Position numbers and translations under genes: made by a program
Part shown: positions 20,477 to 32,774 of the stretch, one piece after another
Layout of the letters: the number at the start of each line of letters is the position of its first letter
Position numbering within the stretch: the stretch's first letter is position 1
Assembly (NCBI GenBank): GCA_019828565.1
Contig: JAHDYR010000061.1
Coordinates: 1 to 46,357, forward strand
Length of the DNA: 46,357 bases
DNA from: Carpediemonas membranifera BICM
Lineage: Eukaryota > Protista > Fornicata
Direction: 5' to 3'
The notes under the pieces: model-generated
The model's database searches: none
What the model saw: only the letters and a program-made list of their open reading frames with translations
Told to the model about the DNA's origin: nothing

Positions 20477-20995
20477 GTTGGAGATAAATGTAGTCATTGA
20501 CGCTAATCACCTTTTTGCAATGACACGGATGATGGAGTTCGTCATTCAATCTCGTTGCGAGCCATAAAGTGCACCAATAGTGGGAACCGACTTCCCACTA
20601 TTTTCTCAGTGCCAATGAGCTATAGAGCTTTAGTGAGGATATAAGCTTGCATAATAACACATCAATAGCGTCTGACGGCCGCTATGGCCCATGATACTCA
20701 ACAACAACATCAAACGAGTCAAAGGAACCACGAAACCACACAAGGAACGAGCTAGAAGAAACGATAGGAACTTTAATTGCATAAGCAACATCAATACTGC
20801 CACCAGCTGTCCAGTCAGCGCCCCAAAGCCAACAGAACCACGGCAGCACCACGCCCCCAGCGCCACAACGCCCCACGGCAGCACCACGCCCCCAGCGCCA
20901 CAACGCCCCCACCGCAATCCCCAGTCCCCAATGCAATGTAAAGCAGAGTAATAAAAAGTATTTATGTAAATGTGATCTAGTCTTGACAGAACGGA

Positions 20996-21799
20996 ATGCC
21001 ACTTGTTACTGAGACATCCATATCGGCTGGAGAAGCGTACTTAGCCCTGCAGGCTTTGAATGAATGCATTGAAACAGGTCTGCTAGAGAGATATACCAAG
21101 TTCCTCAACATCCAATTCAAAACTGCTGTGATGAAGGACTGGGCTGCTTCACCAGCCGGGTATGCGCACTACCGCAGTCGTACGATTGAGTTGTCTAGAT
21201 GCGCTAGCAACTCAATCCATTTCAACCTCCAGAGTGCCTTACTTACGATGCCGACGACCGACGAGGATTTCGATGCGACTGAGCGCGTACTCGAGATGGC
21301 ACCCGTGCTCCTCGCGCATGCAAAGATGCTGCGTAACCTTAGGAAGGAAGGTAACCCGGTAACACTTCAGCAAGCACTCAACATGACTGCCGCGTGCACT
21401 CCGTTCGACCGATACGCGGTATTTGTCAAGGACAAGGCTCCTTCTACATACTCTGTTTGGATGGAGCACTTACTGACTCTGCGGATTAGTCGCACTGAGC
21501 TCGATGAAGCCATGTTCAGCCTCGCCGTGAATGGTCCTGTCAATTGTGGCGATCACGCCATCCAGTTTACTGACACCAAGTTGCAGTATGCTCTGGAGAA
21601 GGTAACCCTCACTTCTGGGGATACAGGCCCCGACTGCCTGGTTAAGTGGATCGGCTTTCCAAAGCCCACAATCTGTCCTCTTGATTCGTCTCTGAAAAAC
21701 TTTGCCAAAGAGGTGGAAGCCCAATGTGGACCCGCAAGATCACATACACGCGCTGTTAGCGATCCATGGTCAGGTAAGGGACGCAGACTAAATGAGTAA
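20996..21799 (+). CDS. Helical domain plus C-terminal chromodomain-like protein
   Basis: QYALEKV...CLVKWIGFPKPTICP matches the chromodomain pattern YxVEKI...LVKWxG(Y/F)...TxxP. Confidence 0.75.
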   Translation: MPLVTETSISAGEAYLALQALNECIETGLLERYTKFLNIQFKTAVMKDWAASPAGYAHYRSRTIELSRCASNSIHFNLQSALLTMPTTDEDFDATERVLEMAPVLLAHAKMLRNLRKEGNPVTLQQALNMTAACTPFDRYAVFVKDKAPSTYSVWMEHLLTLRISRTELDEAMFSLAVNGPVNCGDHAIQFTDTKLQYALEKVTLTSGDTGPDCLVKWIGFPKPTICPLDSSLKNFAKEVEAQCGPARSHTRAVSDPWSGKGRRLNE

Positions 21800-21828
21800 A
21801 ACCTGGGAATTTGATTTATCAGTATATC

Positions 21829-22503
21829 TTACTGCGTGCAAGCATCAATGGCAGCCACAGCTTCCTCCCTAGTGACAGACTCTCTGATCTTTGGCATCGA
21901 GATGGGCCAAAGCATAAGGCGACCTCTGCAGGTCCAGTACTGATCGCCGTACGCGACGCTGAGGAACTGGAATTTGGTGATCTTCTTGGAGCTGAAGTAT
22001 ATCACCAGAGGCATGTTGATGACTCTGCCCGAGTCTGAAACATGCACGATGCAGCTCTGCGCCACCACATTAGTGAGACCGGCACTGTCGTTAATCCGGT
22101 GGAGTCCATGCTCCAAGCACCTGGAGTCAACGCAGTATCCTTTCTTCAGAGCGGTGGTATAGTCGGTGTCGGTCTTGCTGTCTTCTTTGCACACCTCGCC
22201 CATGTAGATGCCAAGGCATTGGTCCTTTTCGATATTCTGCATCGCCAGAAGGCCAACGCCGACATCACGTCCATCCAGGGCAGTCTGAGTGCACTCGATG
22301 ATGTCCAAGTCCACGTTGAGCCCGGCACTATTCACATGGAGGTCATAGCTCTCCGCAGATTCCTCAGACTTCATCAGCTCCCCAACGGCGAAATCGCCAG
22401 TCATGAGCTTCCTGTATTGCTCCAGTGTGATGGAGAATCCATCGTTGCTGGATAGGTGTAGAGTATCGTGCTCAAAATCGCCAGTATCGCGATCGGTCGA
22501 CAT
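21829..22503 (-). CDS. SET-domain lysine methyltransferase-like protein
   Basis: GVGLLAMQNI...GIYMGEV, YCVDS, HRINDS...TN, KKITKFQFLSVAYGDQYW. Likely ATG at 22503. Confidence 0.85.
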   Translation of the reverse strand: MSTDRDTGDFEHDTLHLSSNDGFSITLEQYRKLMTGDFAVGELMKSEESAESYDLHVNSAGLNVDLDIIECTQTALDGRDVGVGLLAMQNIEKDQCLGIYMGEVCKEDSKTDTDYTTALKKGYCVDSRCLEHGLHRINDSAGLTNVVAQSCIVHVSDSGRVINMPLVIYFSSKKITKFQFLSVAYGDQYWTCRGRLMLWPISMPKIRESVTREEAVAAIDACTQ

Positions 22504-22546
22504 TCTGAAGGACCTTTTCTGACAAAACCAAGGAACGACGAATCCT

Positions 22547-23674
22547 ATGAATTCTCGCATCTATTTAGAAGAAGAAGAGGCTCTGGCGATGTATTTTGCC
22601 CTGTACTATTCCGCACGCTTATCGAAGGCCTCGAAGAATGATCAGAAAGCGCTTATGAAGAGTGCGAAGGATAGTCTTGGTGCTGTGGCTGCACGACTTA
22701 CATTGCCCACACCTAGAGCCAGGCGTACCCCCGCCCGTACTCTTCGGCCGCGTAGAAACTTATCCACAGTGTCAGCCGCACTGAGTACCGAGGGACCAGA
22801 TGAGCCCCGCCAAACTGCTCGGCAGAAGGCCAATAAGCAGAAGCGCGTGACCCCGGACGTGCCGGAGAAGAGGGCCCACGTTGAGGAGCCTGCTGTCGAC
22901 GTGGAGATGTTTTCGACATGGTCTGAGCACCTGCTCACGCACTCACCCGCCGACGATGTCCAGACTGAGAGCAGCAGGGATCGCCCGGCTTCCGAGCTCA
23001 CACCGGATGATGGGTCCACCATGATCGCTGACGAAAATCAGGGTGACACAACCGGAGGCGAGATCATCGCCTACCCGACCCCTGGCGATGTCGTAGTGTA
23101 TATGGCGCGCGAAGCGCTTGCGGAAGAGGCAAAAAACTGCATTCAGGATGCCGCGACGAGCAGGCTGAAGCTGATATGGGTTTGCCATCAGCTTGCTCTC
23201 TATGATGTCTCGAAGGAGGACGAGGATATCAGCAAGGTCGAGACTGCGGCGTCAACAGAGCTGCTCGAGGGAATGCGGCCCACAGCGCATGGTGTTAACC
23301 CTCGGATGAAGCATAAGCCGAAGGTCCTGCTGAGACTTATGGATCTGCTGAAATCGTACGACGGTGGAGCTTTACTTGGGAAGAACTACACGCAGGTCCT
23401 AAGATACGCAGTTGCCTTCCCGGCAGACTTCAAGCGCCTCGTTTACGGCTCGTATCTGCCGGTTGACCGCGGGCTGCTATGCATCGGGAAGCTCATGTCA
23501 TACGTGACTCAGATGAGGATCAAGAGCTTCCATGGCATTGTTTCTAACGATGAGCGCGCGTCCATCATCAACACCATGCGCGAAAAGCTGGGAGATGCTG
23601 GCACAACCACCATTTCTCACTTCCTCTTCGGTCCGCCCTCACCCTCCTTGATAGCACATGAGCAAGTTGAGTAA
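22547..23674 (+). CDS. Unknown family E (SET-associated)
   Basis: Blocks VDVEMFSTW, IWVCHQLALY and LRYAVAFPADF...YLP are shared with 30000-31307 and 40476-41756. Confidence 0.7.
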   Translation: MNSRIYLEEEEALAMYFALYYSARLSKASKNDQKALMKSAKDSLGAVAARLTLPTPRARRTPARTLRPRRNLSTVSAALSTEGPDEPRQTARQKANKQKRVTPDVPEKRAHVEEPAVDVEMFSTWSEHLLTHSPADDVQTESSRDRPASELTPDDGSTMIADENQGDTTGGEIIAYPTPGDVVVYMAREALAEEAKNCIQDAATSRLKLIWVCHQLALYDVSKEDEDISKVETAASTELLEGMRPTAHGVNPRMKHKPKVLLRLMDLLKSYDGGALLGKNYTQVLRYAVAFPADFKRLVYGSYLPVDRGLLCIGKLMSYVTQMRIKSFHGIVSNDERASIINTMREKLGDAGTTTISHFLFGPPSPSLIAHEQVE

Positions 23675-23764
23675 ATATATGATTTGAGCAGGGTTACGAT
23701 TGCGCTAGGACTTCTGCCCGACAGCCTTGACGAGATCCCGTCGTCAAAATGTTATTGCCAGAAA

Positions 23765-24407
23765 AATAGTGGGAACCGACTTCCCACTATTTTCTCAGTG
23801 CCAATGAGCTATAGAGCTTTAGTGAGGATATAAGCTTGCATAATAACACATCAATAGCTTCTGACGGCCGCTATGGCCCATGATACTCAACAACAACATC
23901 AAACGAGTCAAAGGAACCACGAAACCACACAAGGAACGAGCTAGAAGAAACGATAGGAACTTTAATTGCATAAGCAACATCAATACTGCCACCAGCTGTC
24001 CATTGGATTCCAGAAATAGCCATTGTCTCTTCTGGAACGTCCGGGAGAGAGCCCGAGGGAGAGAGCCCCAGGAGAAGAGAGCCCGGGGGAACGTCCGGGA
24101 GAGAGCCCGGGAGAGAGCCCCAGGAGAAGAGAGCCCGGGGGAACGTCCGGGAGAGAGCCCGGGAGAGAGCACGGGGGAACGTCCGGGAGAGAGCCGCTCT
24201 ACTTGCGCTGGTACTTCAGCGTTTTCGGGGCCCTTTGCCCATCTTTCGTTGTCTGAATTTTTTCGTGCAGAATTCAGACGAGTGCCGCCTGGCAGAGGCT
24301 GAGCAGCGGAGCTTAGTCCCTGTGGCACCACTCGTCTGGCCCAGCTCCCGGGTATGCTCCAGAAAATTCAGGTGCAGATTTGGGAGCAGAAATGTCGACG
24401 AACCCCG
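23765..24407. mobile_element. Hairpin-ended non-autonomous module (hairpin, spacer, minisatellite, conserved ~205-bp block)
   Basis: aatagtgggaa-ccgac-ttcccactatt hairpin; 23765-24002 repeats 20576-20813; ~20-bp GA-rich array at 24036-24195; block 24200-24407 recurs at 29723-29927 and inverted at 32167-32365. Confidence 0.5.
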
Positions 24408-24500
24408 AAAACGCCATAACCGGCACCAGTGAGCGCATCTTCGTTGATAAAGCTCATTGGTGTTGGTATTATGGCGTTTTCGGGGTTCTAATACTGTACT

Positions 24501-25520
24501 CCTCATCCCTGGCGCCCTCATCCTGGCGCCTCATCCCTGGCGCCCTCATCCTGGCGCCCTCATCCTGGCGCATCATCCCTGGCGCCTCATCTCTGGCGCC
24601 CTCATCCTGGCGCCTCATCCCTGGCGCCCTCATCTCTGGCGCCTCATCCTGGCGCCTCATCTCTGGCGCCCTCATCCCTGGCGCCTCATCTCTGGCGCCT
24701 CATCCCTGGCGCCTCATCCCTGGCGCCTCATCCCTGGCGCCCTCATCCTGGCGCCCTCATCCTGGCGCTCATCCCTGGCGCCCTCATCTCTGGCGCCTCA
24801 TCCCTGGCGCCTCATCCCTGGCGCCCTCATCCCTGGCGCCTCATCCCTGGCGCCTCATCCCTGGCGCCTCATCCATGGCGCCTCATCCCTGGCGCCCTCA
24901 TCCTGGCGCCTCATCCCTGGCGCCTCATCCCTGGCGCCCTCATCCATGGCGCCTCATCCCTGGCGCCCTCATCCTGGCGCCTCATCCCTGGCGCCTCATC
25001 CTGGCGCCTCATCCCTGGCGCCTCATCCCTGGCGCCCTCATCCTGGCGCCTCATCCCTGGCGCCCTCATCCCTGGCGCCTCATCTCTGGCGCCTCATCCA
25101 TGGCGCCTCATCCCTGGCGCCTCATCCATGGCGCCTCATCCCTGGCGCCCTCATCCATGGCGCCTCATCCCTGGCGCCTCATCCATGGCGCCTCATCCCT
25201 GGCGCCCTCATCCTGGCGCATCATCCCTGGCGCCTCATCTCTGGCGCCCTCATCCATGGCGCCTCATCCCTGGCGCCTCATCCATGGCGCCTCATCCCTG
25301 GCGCCTCATCTCTGGCGCCCTCATCCATGGCGCATCATCCCTGGCGCCTCATCCCTGGCGCCTCATCCTGGAGCCGTCATCCTGGCGCCTCATCCCTGCG
25401 CCTCATCCCTGGCGCCTCATCTCTGGCGCCCTCATCCATGGCGCATCATCCCTGGCGCCTCATTCCTGGCGCCCTCATCCTGGCGCCCTCATCCTGGCTC
25501 CCTCATTCCTGGCTCCCTCA
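24501..25520. repeat. Minisatellite of 13-15-bp units (cctcatc[c]ctggcg[c])
   Basis: About 1 kb of head-to-tail variants. The same unit appears about 3.5 times in each 1096-bp repeat (e.g. 42927-42977). Confidence 0.95.
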
Positions 25521-25769
25521 TCGCAGCGCCCACAGCACCCCTACGCCAGCGCCATCTGCGCCACGCCACCGCCCTCTGCGCCACGCCCACACCGCAACCG
25601 CCAGCCCCACGCCAGCCCCGCATCACCGGCGCCCTCAACAGCAAGTTCCATCATCCACATCACTCCCTAACAACATCAACGACTCGCCTACCACCGACAG
25701 CGATGGCGAAGTCTGCGTTGATGTCGCCAGTGCCAACCCAGCTGGCATACGCGTCGCAATGAATGTAAA

Positions 25770-26101
25770 TGTTTACGTGTTCTCTTCGTCCCTTCTATCG
25801 TCCAGGATCTGCTGTCAGACGTCCATGAGCGATCATCCCTTATCCTGCGGAGCAGCCCAACATCAGCTCCAGCTGTTCAGAGCATGCGTACAATGCTTCT
25901 GGGGCATGTAGAGTGATCGTGTAGGAGCTTTATGACGATTCCAGGACGTGGAGTTCAGGAATATGTCCGTATTACCCAGCAAATTTCATCATCTCCATTA
26001 TTGCTGCAGTATTCAAAGTAAACGCGAACAACACGATTTATCTCCATTCATTGTCGCCTCGAGGAGCGCTTCAGTGCCTCTAGAGCGTGCTTCAGCAGCA
26101 T
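25770..26101 (-). pseudogene. Degraded paralog of the recombinase-fold gene 35330-35992
   Basis: MLLKHALEALKRSSRRQ*...MPQK/IVRML*TAGADVGLLRRIR versus MLLKHALEGLKRSTKEQY...MPQKALVRLLRTAGAETDLICRIR. Shares about 770 bp of 5' and upstream DNA (26063-26841 versus 35955-36733). Confidence 0.7.
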
Positions 26102-26985
26102 TTCGATCGAGATTAAAAATCACCCGAATTCTAGCTCTGTTCTGGCCGCTGCAGGCACCGCTGGGCGCGATAGAGCTCGGAGCGGCGTTGTCTGCCAAGA
26201 ATACCTATTTGCTCCCGGTGAAAATTGAACCCACGATCAGGAGGCTGTGTACAAAGTCTCTTCCCTCTATGCCATGACTTATGGGAAATCCGCCCTTATT
26301 AATCTCCCTACAGGGAATATAGGCCATTTTGGAGGTATGAGCGACCGGGAGGGGGAGATTGGGGGACATTTATGGTATGGCTGGACTCTACTCGGGCAGA
26401 CTATTATAACGAGGCTCAGATCAGACCTCTACGGCCGCTATACGAGGAGAAACGAGCCAGTAAGGGCACTAGCGGCCCATGGCCGCAGCAGCGCCCAGCC
26501 AAGCTCAGCTATAGAGTCACCTGAGGCCCCGAATGACGTGCTGATCAGGTCGACTCCCATCTATTGACTTGGTAATTGCAGAGGCCGTCTGAACGCGATG
26601 TCCTAATAACCGACTTGGTCGGAGCGGTTCGGCGATGACTCCGCTGTATTCCGCGCCTTCTTCTGATGCCGAAACATGCAGTCCTTTAGAGTCAACGCGC
26701 GTCCTGTCCGTCAGGCATGAAGGGCATTCAGCAGAGGCATTGCTGCGGTCTGCAGGCCGCCCCAGCGCTTCAGGATGGCCAACTGGATGATCTGGACCCA
26801 TGTCTATCAAATCCATTTTGATCACATCAATGTGTCAAATCTGACGATTCGACGATGAAGCGTCAGGGACGTTTTCAGGGCGGCAGAAGCGGCTTGTAGA
26901 CCTGTCATAGACCATAGAGCGATGACGCAGCATGTTTGTATTTTTTTGTCCGGTTGTTATATCTCCGTATCAATCAAATCTTTTA

Positions 26986-27928
26986 CTACTCCATCTGCGA
27001 GTGAAGCCAGGTCACTGCAGTTCTCGTCAGATACACCTTACGTGTCTTGCGCGGCTTCTTTGTTCCTTTTGTGACTGCCTCGGCAGTGGCCTGCGCCACC
27101 AACTCACGACAGGTAGACTTCGGCGTCTCGGTGCCACCCCGCGTGCATGCCCAATGTGTGTGAGCCACAGATTCCCCACACACAATGCATGATCCCGTCA
27201 AAACAGCCGGCGGCTTCTGCGGAGTCTTCAATATCTGTCGAAGCAGGTCGCACATTGCGGTATCGACTGTCTGCCGAGACAGTACAGGGCGTGCGTGAAT
27301 AGTCTGTGTAGACGCCTCCTCAAGGTCGCGCACCTCTGTCTGCGTCTGATGATCCGAGCCGACTGGCACCTTTGTCTGTGTCTGACCATCCGAGCTGACT
27401 GTCTTCTCCTGAGTGACTTGGCGGGATGTGACTAGCTTATAAAGATAGGGACGCGGCGGCATCGTGCGTACAGGCGCACGACCATACGTATACGATTCCT
27501 CGGGACGCTGGCGCGGTGCGTCTGTCCTCGTCGGCTGAACCCGCACCCTGGGCGCCCCCCCCGTTCACCTCACGTCGAATATCGTCCACAAAGTCAGTGA
27601 ACGCCTTATCCGGTCCCGTCCTCGTGGTCACACGCCTCGTGACTCCTTCGACCGCAGACAGGAAGTCCATGAATGACTCACCACCAAAAGAGGCAGAACC
27701 GTGGCATGCCTCGTTCCTGAAACGCTGGAGAGTCGTAATGTACCGTTGATTGATGCGATCAAGGTCCTTTCTGCAACTCAGAACGGCACATAGAAGCACA
27801 GAAGGATCGTCTGAATTATTGATCTTACCACTTGCTGCTATGATCTCCTTCAGCACAGGAACCATTCGCAACAACGTTTCCAGCATCATGCCAGCGTATG
27901 CAGCCGAATCCTTGTTGCCTGTGCTCAT
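26986..27928 (-). CDS. HEPN-domain protein, duplicate of 34359-35300 with a homopolymer frameshift
   Basis: Near-identical DNA; 8-C run at about 27555 versus 7-G run at about 34725. Confidence 0.7.
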
Positions 27929-28395
27929 ATCGAATTCTTTAGAACGAAATTCTAAAGAAATGTTCGCGGGTATGCCTGATCATCGCGCGTCGAAAGACAG
28001 CAGGAACGTACCCTACAGCTCAGGTTGAAGTAGGCTTGGCTTTGGTTCAACTGATAAATGCGCCATTGCTCCGTTTATATCATCCAATGTTAGGATGCCT
28101 TGCCATGATGATATGCCGGTCACTACGCTTCTGGGCGACGGTGGAGGCTGCTGCATGATCCAATATGTTGTTATGATTAACACCGTCCTGAAGGGTAATG
28201 CTGGGGGAATGGTGTTCCCGAGCACGTGATAGTGGACGGCCTTGTTGGTGAAGAGGGCGCGGCCCATGAGAAGAGGAAGAACTCATCGTCGCTCTCGACA
28301 TCGGCCTTGTTAACGAGCATAGTGCCGGCAGGGGCGTGGTCGTGAGAGCCCCGCCGCGGCGGAGTCATGAAAGCTTTACGTAATTGTTTAACGAT

Positions 28396-28943
28396 TTACA
28401 GTTCAGCCAATGTTCTCGGAGTACCTGTGAAGTAGTTTTTGGTGGCACGCTTGTGAGCACGCGCAGGACCTGCCGTTTCTTCCACCTCTCTTGCAAAACG
28501 TTTCAGCTCCTCTGTGGCCGGACACGTTGTAGGGTTATGGTAGCCTATCCACTTCACGCGACAAGTTGAGCCGTTCTGCCCATCCGGCAATGTGACCTTC
28601 TCGATGGCATAGTCTAGTTGCGTGTCAGTGAATTGAATCAGGTTGTCGCCCCTGTCTCCAAGCGAAGCATCCCTCTTCGCCAGCACAAAAAAGGCTAAAT
28701 CTAACTCTTCAATTGACGTGATGCCCAGCAGCAGACTCTCTACCCAAGAGGCATAGAGTGAGGGTGCCTTCTTCGCGACGTAGATCGCGTATCTATCGAA
28801 AATCGATAGACGCACCTTAGACGGAGCATTCATAGCATCTTTCAAAGAGTTGATACTCATACGAAGTGTCTGAAGTGCAGTGGAATGCCTTATGAGCATT
28901 GGCGCATGCTCGAGGATCTGCGTCGCCGCCTTGATCTGGTGCT
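28396..28943 (-). pseudogene. 5'-truncated duplicate of chromodomain-like gene 33058-33893
   Basis: Identity stops at 28943, where sequence matching 14958-15126 begins. Confidence 0.75.
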
Positions 28944-29274
28944 TATTCTTTCTATTCTTAAGTTCCTCATTTCAGTCTCGTTGCGAGCATAAAGTGCGAA
29001 ATAGTGGCCAATTGGCCACTACGATATCGGCAATTAAGACAGTAACAGGAGCGTTTGGTGCGCAGATCAAGACTTTTTAACAATATCAACAAACGGTTCA
29101 CTCACTTTCTCGTTTAACGTAGTGAATCATCAGTTTCAGCTGTGGCGTTAGTTGTTAGCCGTGCGAAGCACTGATGAGGCCTTATTACCATCAATAGGAG
29201 TAATAAACACCATTTAACTTCAATATAGAGAGCGAGCGGCCAAGAAACAAGCGCCGGGAGGATAACGGCGGTGG

Positions 29275-29652
29275 AGAGCGGCAGGAGAGCGCCGGGCGAT
29301 GGCGCACGGGAGGGAGAGCAGCATGAGAGCGCCGGGGTATGGCGCACGGGAGGGAGAGCAGCATGAGAGCGCCGGGGTATGGCGCATGGGAGGGAGAGCG
29401 GCATGAGAGCGCCGGGCGATGGCGCACGGGAGGGAGAGCAGCAGGAGAGCGCCGGGGGATGGCGCACGGGAGGGAGAGCAGCAGGAGAGCGCCGGGGGAT
29501 GGCGCACGGGAGGGAGAGCAGCAGGAGAGCGCCGGGGGATGGCGCACGGGAGGGAGAGCAGCATGAGAGCGCTGGGGTATGGCGCATGGGAGGGAGAGCG
29601 GCATGCGAGCGCCGGGGGATGGCGCACGGGAGGGAGAGCAGCAGGAGAGCGC
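29275..29652. repeat. 40-bp tandem array (about 9.5 units)
   Basis: Unit gatggcgcacgggagggagagcagcaggagagcgccgggg, no spacers. Confidence 0.95.
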
Positions 29653-29999
29653 ACGGAGGCGATTTGGGGCCCCGAAAACGCCAGCATCAGCGCAAGTAAG
29701 CTATTCTATTACAAAATGCTTCACTTGCGCTGGTACTACAGCGTTTTCGGGGCCCTTTGCCCATCTTTCGTCGTCTGAATATTTTCGTGCAGAATTCAAA
29801 CGAGTGCCGCCTGGCAGAGGCTGAGCTGCGGAGCTTAGTCCCTGTGGCACCACTTGTCTGGCCCAGCTTCCCGCCATGCTCCCGAAAATTCAGGTGCAGA
29901 TTTGGGAGCAGAGATGTCGACGAACCCCGGTAATATGGCGTTTTCGGGGCGCAAGTGCCACACGCCCCACAGCCACGACACCAGCACCACTTACTTACT

Positions 30000-31307
30000 T
30001 TACTCATCGTTGCTTCGCTTTTCGCCTGGAACCTCTTCTGCCTTTCTCTTCTCTGCTGTGGATTCTTGTAGCGTGAGCAGCGGTGCTGTCGTGTGCTCAT
30101 CACGACCGAAAATCAAACCCGAAACAAGATCCGCCTTGTCGCGGAAGGAACCAATGACCGTCTTGTGGAAGTGGTCGACCTGCGACATTGGCAGCATTTG
30201 GTGATCGATCATGATCCGCACCCGGCTAAGCTGAGTGAGCCAGGACGAGACCTTCATCCAGCTAGTGTTGGCTGGGATAATTTGGGAGGTGATCACCTGG
30301 GAGAAGTGCTCCGGGTGTACGATTGCAAACAGAATGAGCATCCTGGGTTTGAATGCCTTTGTGTAACCCATGCCAGTACAGATCTCCCTCATAAGGGAGT
30401 AGAAAGGGTTGGTGATTCTAGTCGTCGGGTCGGAAAACACCGCCGACGCTACGTCAGAGAACGCCGAAGACAGCTCAACAGAAAGACTGACGACACGACG
30501 CTCACGCTCCTCATCGGTCACGGTTTGGCCGATCAGACGCGCACTGAGGGTCTTCCTGACTGCCTGCCAGTAGGCAACGAACACGGCCATGAGGGTGTTG
30601 TGCGTGTTGGCGGTCGTCAGACTATTTTCCATCAGTTCGAGGGTGTTGGCAGAAGGCACTCCCTCTGCGAGGGATGGATCCGCGACGTGCACGGAGAGCT
30701 CCCTCTTTGTTGCCCCCACAGACAAAATGTCTGCCCAGCCCATCCATACTTCCTCCTCAATAATCGCGTCAGGCTTGCCTGCTGTTGAGTCTGCGCCGTC
30801 GCTTGCGGGCTGGTCGACTGCGGCGGCATCGTCTGCGACTGCGCTCTGGTCGGGGCGGGCGTCTTCGTCTGCGCCGTCGCTTGCGGGCTGGTCGACTGCG
30901 GCGGCATCGTCTACGACTGCGCTCTGGTCGGGGCGGGCGTCTTCGTCTGCGCCGTCGCTTGCGGGCTGGTCGACTGCGGCGGCATCGTCTACGACTGCGC
31001 TCTGGTCGGCGCGGACGTCTTGCTCTTCGTCTGCTTCTTCGGTGCCGAGTGAGGGTTGGTTGGGGGCTTCGTCTACTTCTTCGACAGAAGGAGCTACTGT
31101 GCCATCTGTGACGCTATCTTGGGGAGAATTGCCATGCTTGCTCAGTTTCACAGTGCGTGCATGATCTAGGAGGTTTATCTTAGTAGCGTCTCCCACTTTC
31201 GACCTCTCCGTCGCAGAGATCGTGTTGTCATAGGCGATAACGAATGCGAGAGAGAATAAACCTGCAAAAATGGCATCCTCGTGTGCTAGCTGATCTTGAT
31301 GAGGCAT
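30000..31307 (-). CDS. Unknown family E with three 26-aa (78-bp) internal repeats
   Basis: Likely ATG at 31307 (MPHQDQ). IEEEVWMGW, VFVAYWQAV, ILFAIVHPEHF...IIP, VSGLIFG. Repeats at about 30789-31020. Confidence 0.7.
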   Translation of the reverse strand: MPHQDQLAHEDAIFAGLFSLAFVIAYDNTISATERSKVGDATKINLLDHARTVKLSKHGNSPQDSVTDGTVAPSVEEVDEAPNQPSLGTEEADEEQDVRADQSAVVDDAAAVDQPASDGADEDARPDQSAVVDDAAAVDQPASDGADEDARPDQSAVADDAAAVDQPASDGADSTAGKPDAIIEEEVWMGWADILSVGATKRELSVHVADPSLAEGVPSANTLELMENSLTTANTHNTLMAVFVAYWQAVRKTLSARLIGQTVTDEERERRVVSLSVELSSAFSDVASAVFSDPTTRITNPFYSLMREICTGMGYTKAFKPRMLILFAIVHPEHFSQVITSQIIPANTSWMKVSSWLTQLSRVRIMIDHQMLPMSQVDHFHKTVIGSFRDKADLVSGLIFGRDEHTTAPLLTLQESTAEKRKAEEVPGEKRSNDE

Positions 31308-31359
31308 CTTCGACGACGAATCAACGTTCAAATCCAATTGCCAGAATTGACACATCTCG

Positions 31360-32020
31360 ATGAGCAACGATAATGAGACACGTGCCCGGCTGATCGCAAT
31401 CAACAAGGGTGAAATCAGCATGGAGGACTACAAACTCCTCATGCGCGACATTTCTTCTCTTGACTCGGTACGCTCCACGGATACTGTGCCCGAGAAGAGT
31501 CTTACAGTGACGCTTGACGAGCATGGCCTCAACACCAAGCTCCAGCTTGTGTTGGAGCCGCAAACATCACTCCAAGGCACTGATGTGGGCCAAGGCCTTG
31601 TAGCCATGCAGGACATCAAAGCGAAGACCTGCATCGGCGTCTACATGGGTGTTGTGTCTCGCGAAACCCATGAATCCTCGTCAACGTACACAACATCGCT
31701 AGGTAATGGATATGCGGTCGACTCATCCACGCTGCCGAACGGCGTGCACTTAGTCAACGATAACGCGAAAGGGCACAGCAATGTCACCGCGTCGGAGTGT
31801 GCGGTCAAGGTGGTCGATGGTGGGCAGTCGATGATCCTCCCTGCTTGTGGTGTATTTCGCCAAGGAAACGATCAGGAAGTTCCAGTACCTTTCAGTTGAC
31901 TACACCGCTGACTACTGGCGCGATCGCTGCAGGCTACTGTTGTGGCCTATTTGTATGAAACGAATACGGGAAAGCGCTACACGCGAGGAGTTGGAAGCAG
32001 CCGTTGCTGCTTCACTCTAG
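31360..32020 (+). CDS. SET-domain protein (frameshift near 31840)
   Basis: GQGLVAMQDI...GVYMGVV, HLVNDN...SN. The shifted frame continues LVVYFAKETIRKFQYLSVDYTADYW...LLWPI...AASL*, matching the paralog. Confidence 0.85.
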
Positions 32021-32432
32021 ATAAAATCGTTGATGATGTTAGCTGAAGTAGTGAGTGAGTATGCTTGCCGTTGCTGGCGCTGTGCTGGCGCCGGCATGGG
32101 ACGTCGTGTCAGTTGCGCAAGCGTAGGGGCGGCGGCGCTGGCGTAGCGGTGGTGGTGTAGCGGCGCTCGACATCTCTGCTCCCAAATCTGCACCTGAATT
32201 TTCGGGAGCATGGCGGGAAGCTGGGCCAGACAAGTGGTGCCACAGGGACTAAGCTCCGCAGCTCAGCCTCTGCCAGGCGGCACTCGTTTGAATTCTGCAC
32301 GAAAATATTCAGACGACGAAAGATGGGCAAAGGGCCCCGAAAACGCTGTAGTACCAGCGCAAGTGAAGCATTTTGTAATAGAATAGCTTACTTGCGCTGA
32401 TGCTGGCGTTTTCGGGGCCCCAAATCGCCTCC

Positions 32433-32774
32433 GTGCGCTCTCCTGCTGCTCTCCCTCCCGTGCGCCATCCCCCGGCGCTCTCCTGCTGCTCTCCCTCCCG
32501 TGCGCCATCCCCCGGCGCTCTCCTGCCGCTCTCCCTCCCGTGCGCCATACCCCAGCGCTCTCATGCTGCTCTCCCTCCCGTGCGCCATCGCCCGGCGCTC
32601 TCCTGCCGCTCTCCCTCCCGTGCGCCATCCCCCGGCGCTCTCCTGCCGCTCTCCCTCCCGTGCGCCATCCCCCGGCGCTCTCCTGCCGCTCTCCCTCCCG
32701 TGCGCCATCCCCCGGCGCTCTCCTGCCGCTCTCCCTCCCGTGCGCCATCCCCCGGCGCTCTCATGCTGCTCTCC
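32433..32774. repeat. 40-bp tandem array, inverted copy (about 8.5 units)
   Basis: Reverse complement of the 29275-29652 unit. Confidence 0.95.

Noticed and set aside
24380-25911. Long ORFs (460 and 484 aa) over the 13-15-bp array
   Set aside because: Open in several frames only because the repeat lacks stop codons on that strand. The same applies to ORFs over the 20-bp and 40-bp arrays.
29275-32774. 40-bp repeats as a CRISPR array
   Set aside because: Units are head-to-tail with no unique spacers, there are no cas-like ORFs, and the context is eukaryotic.
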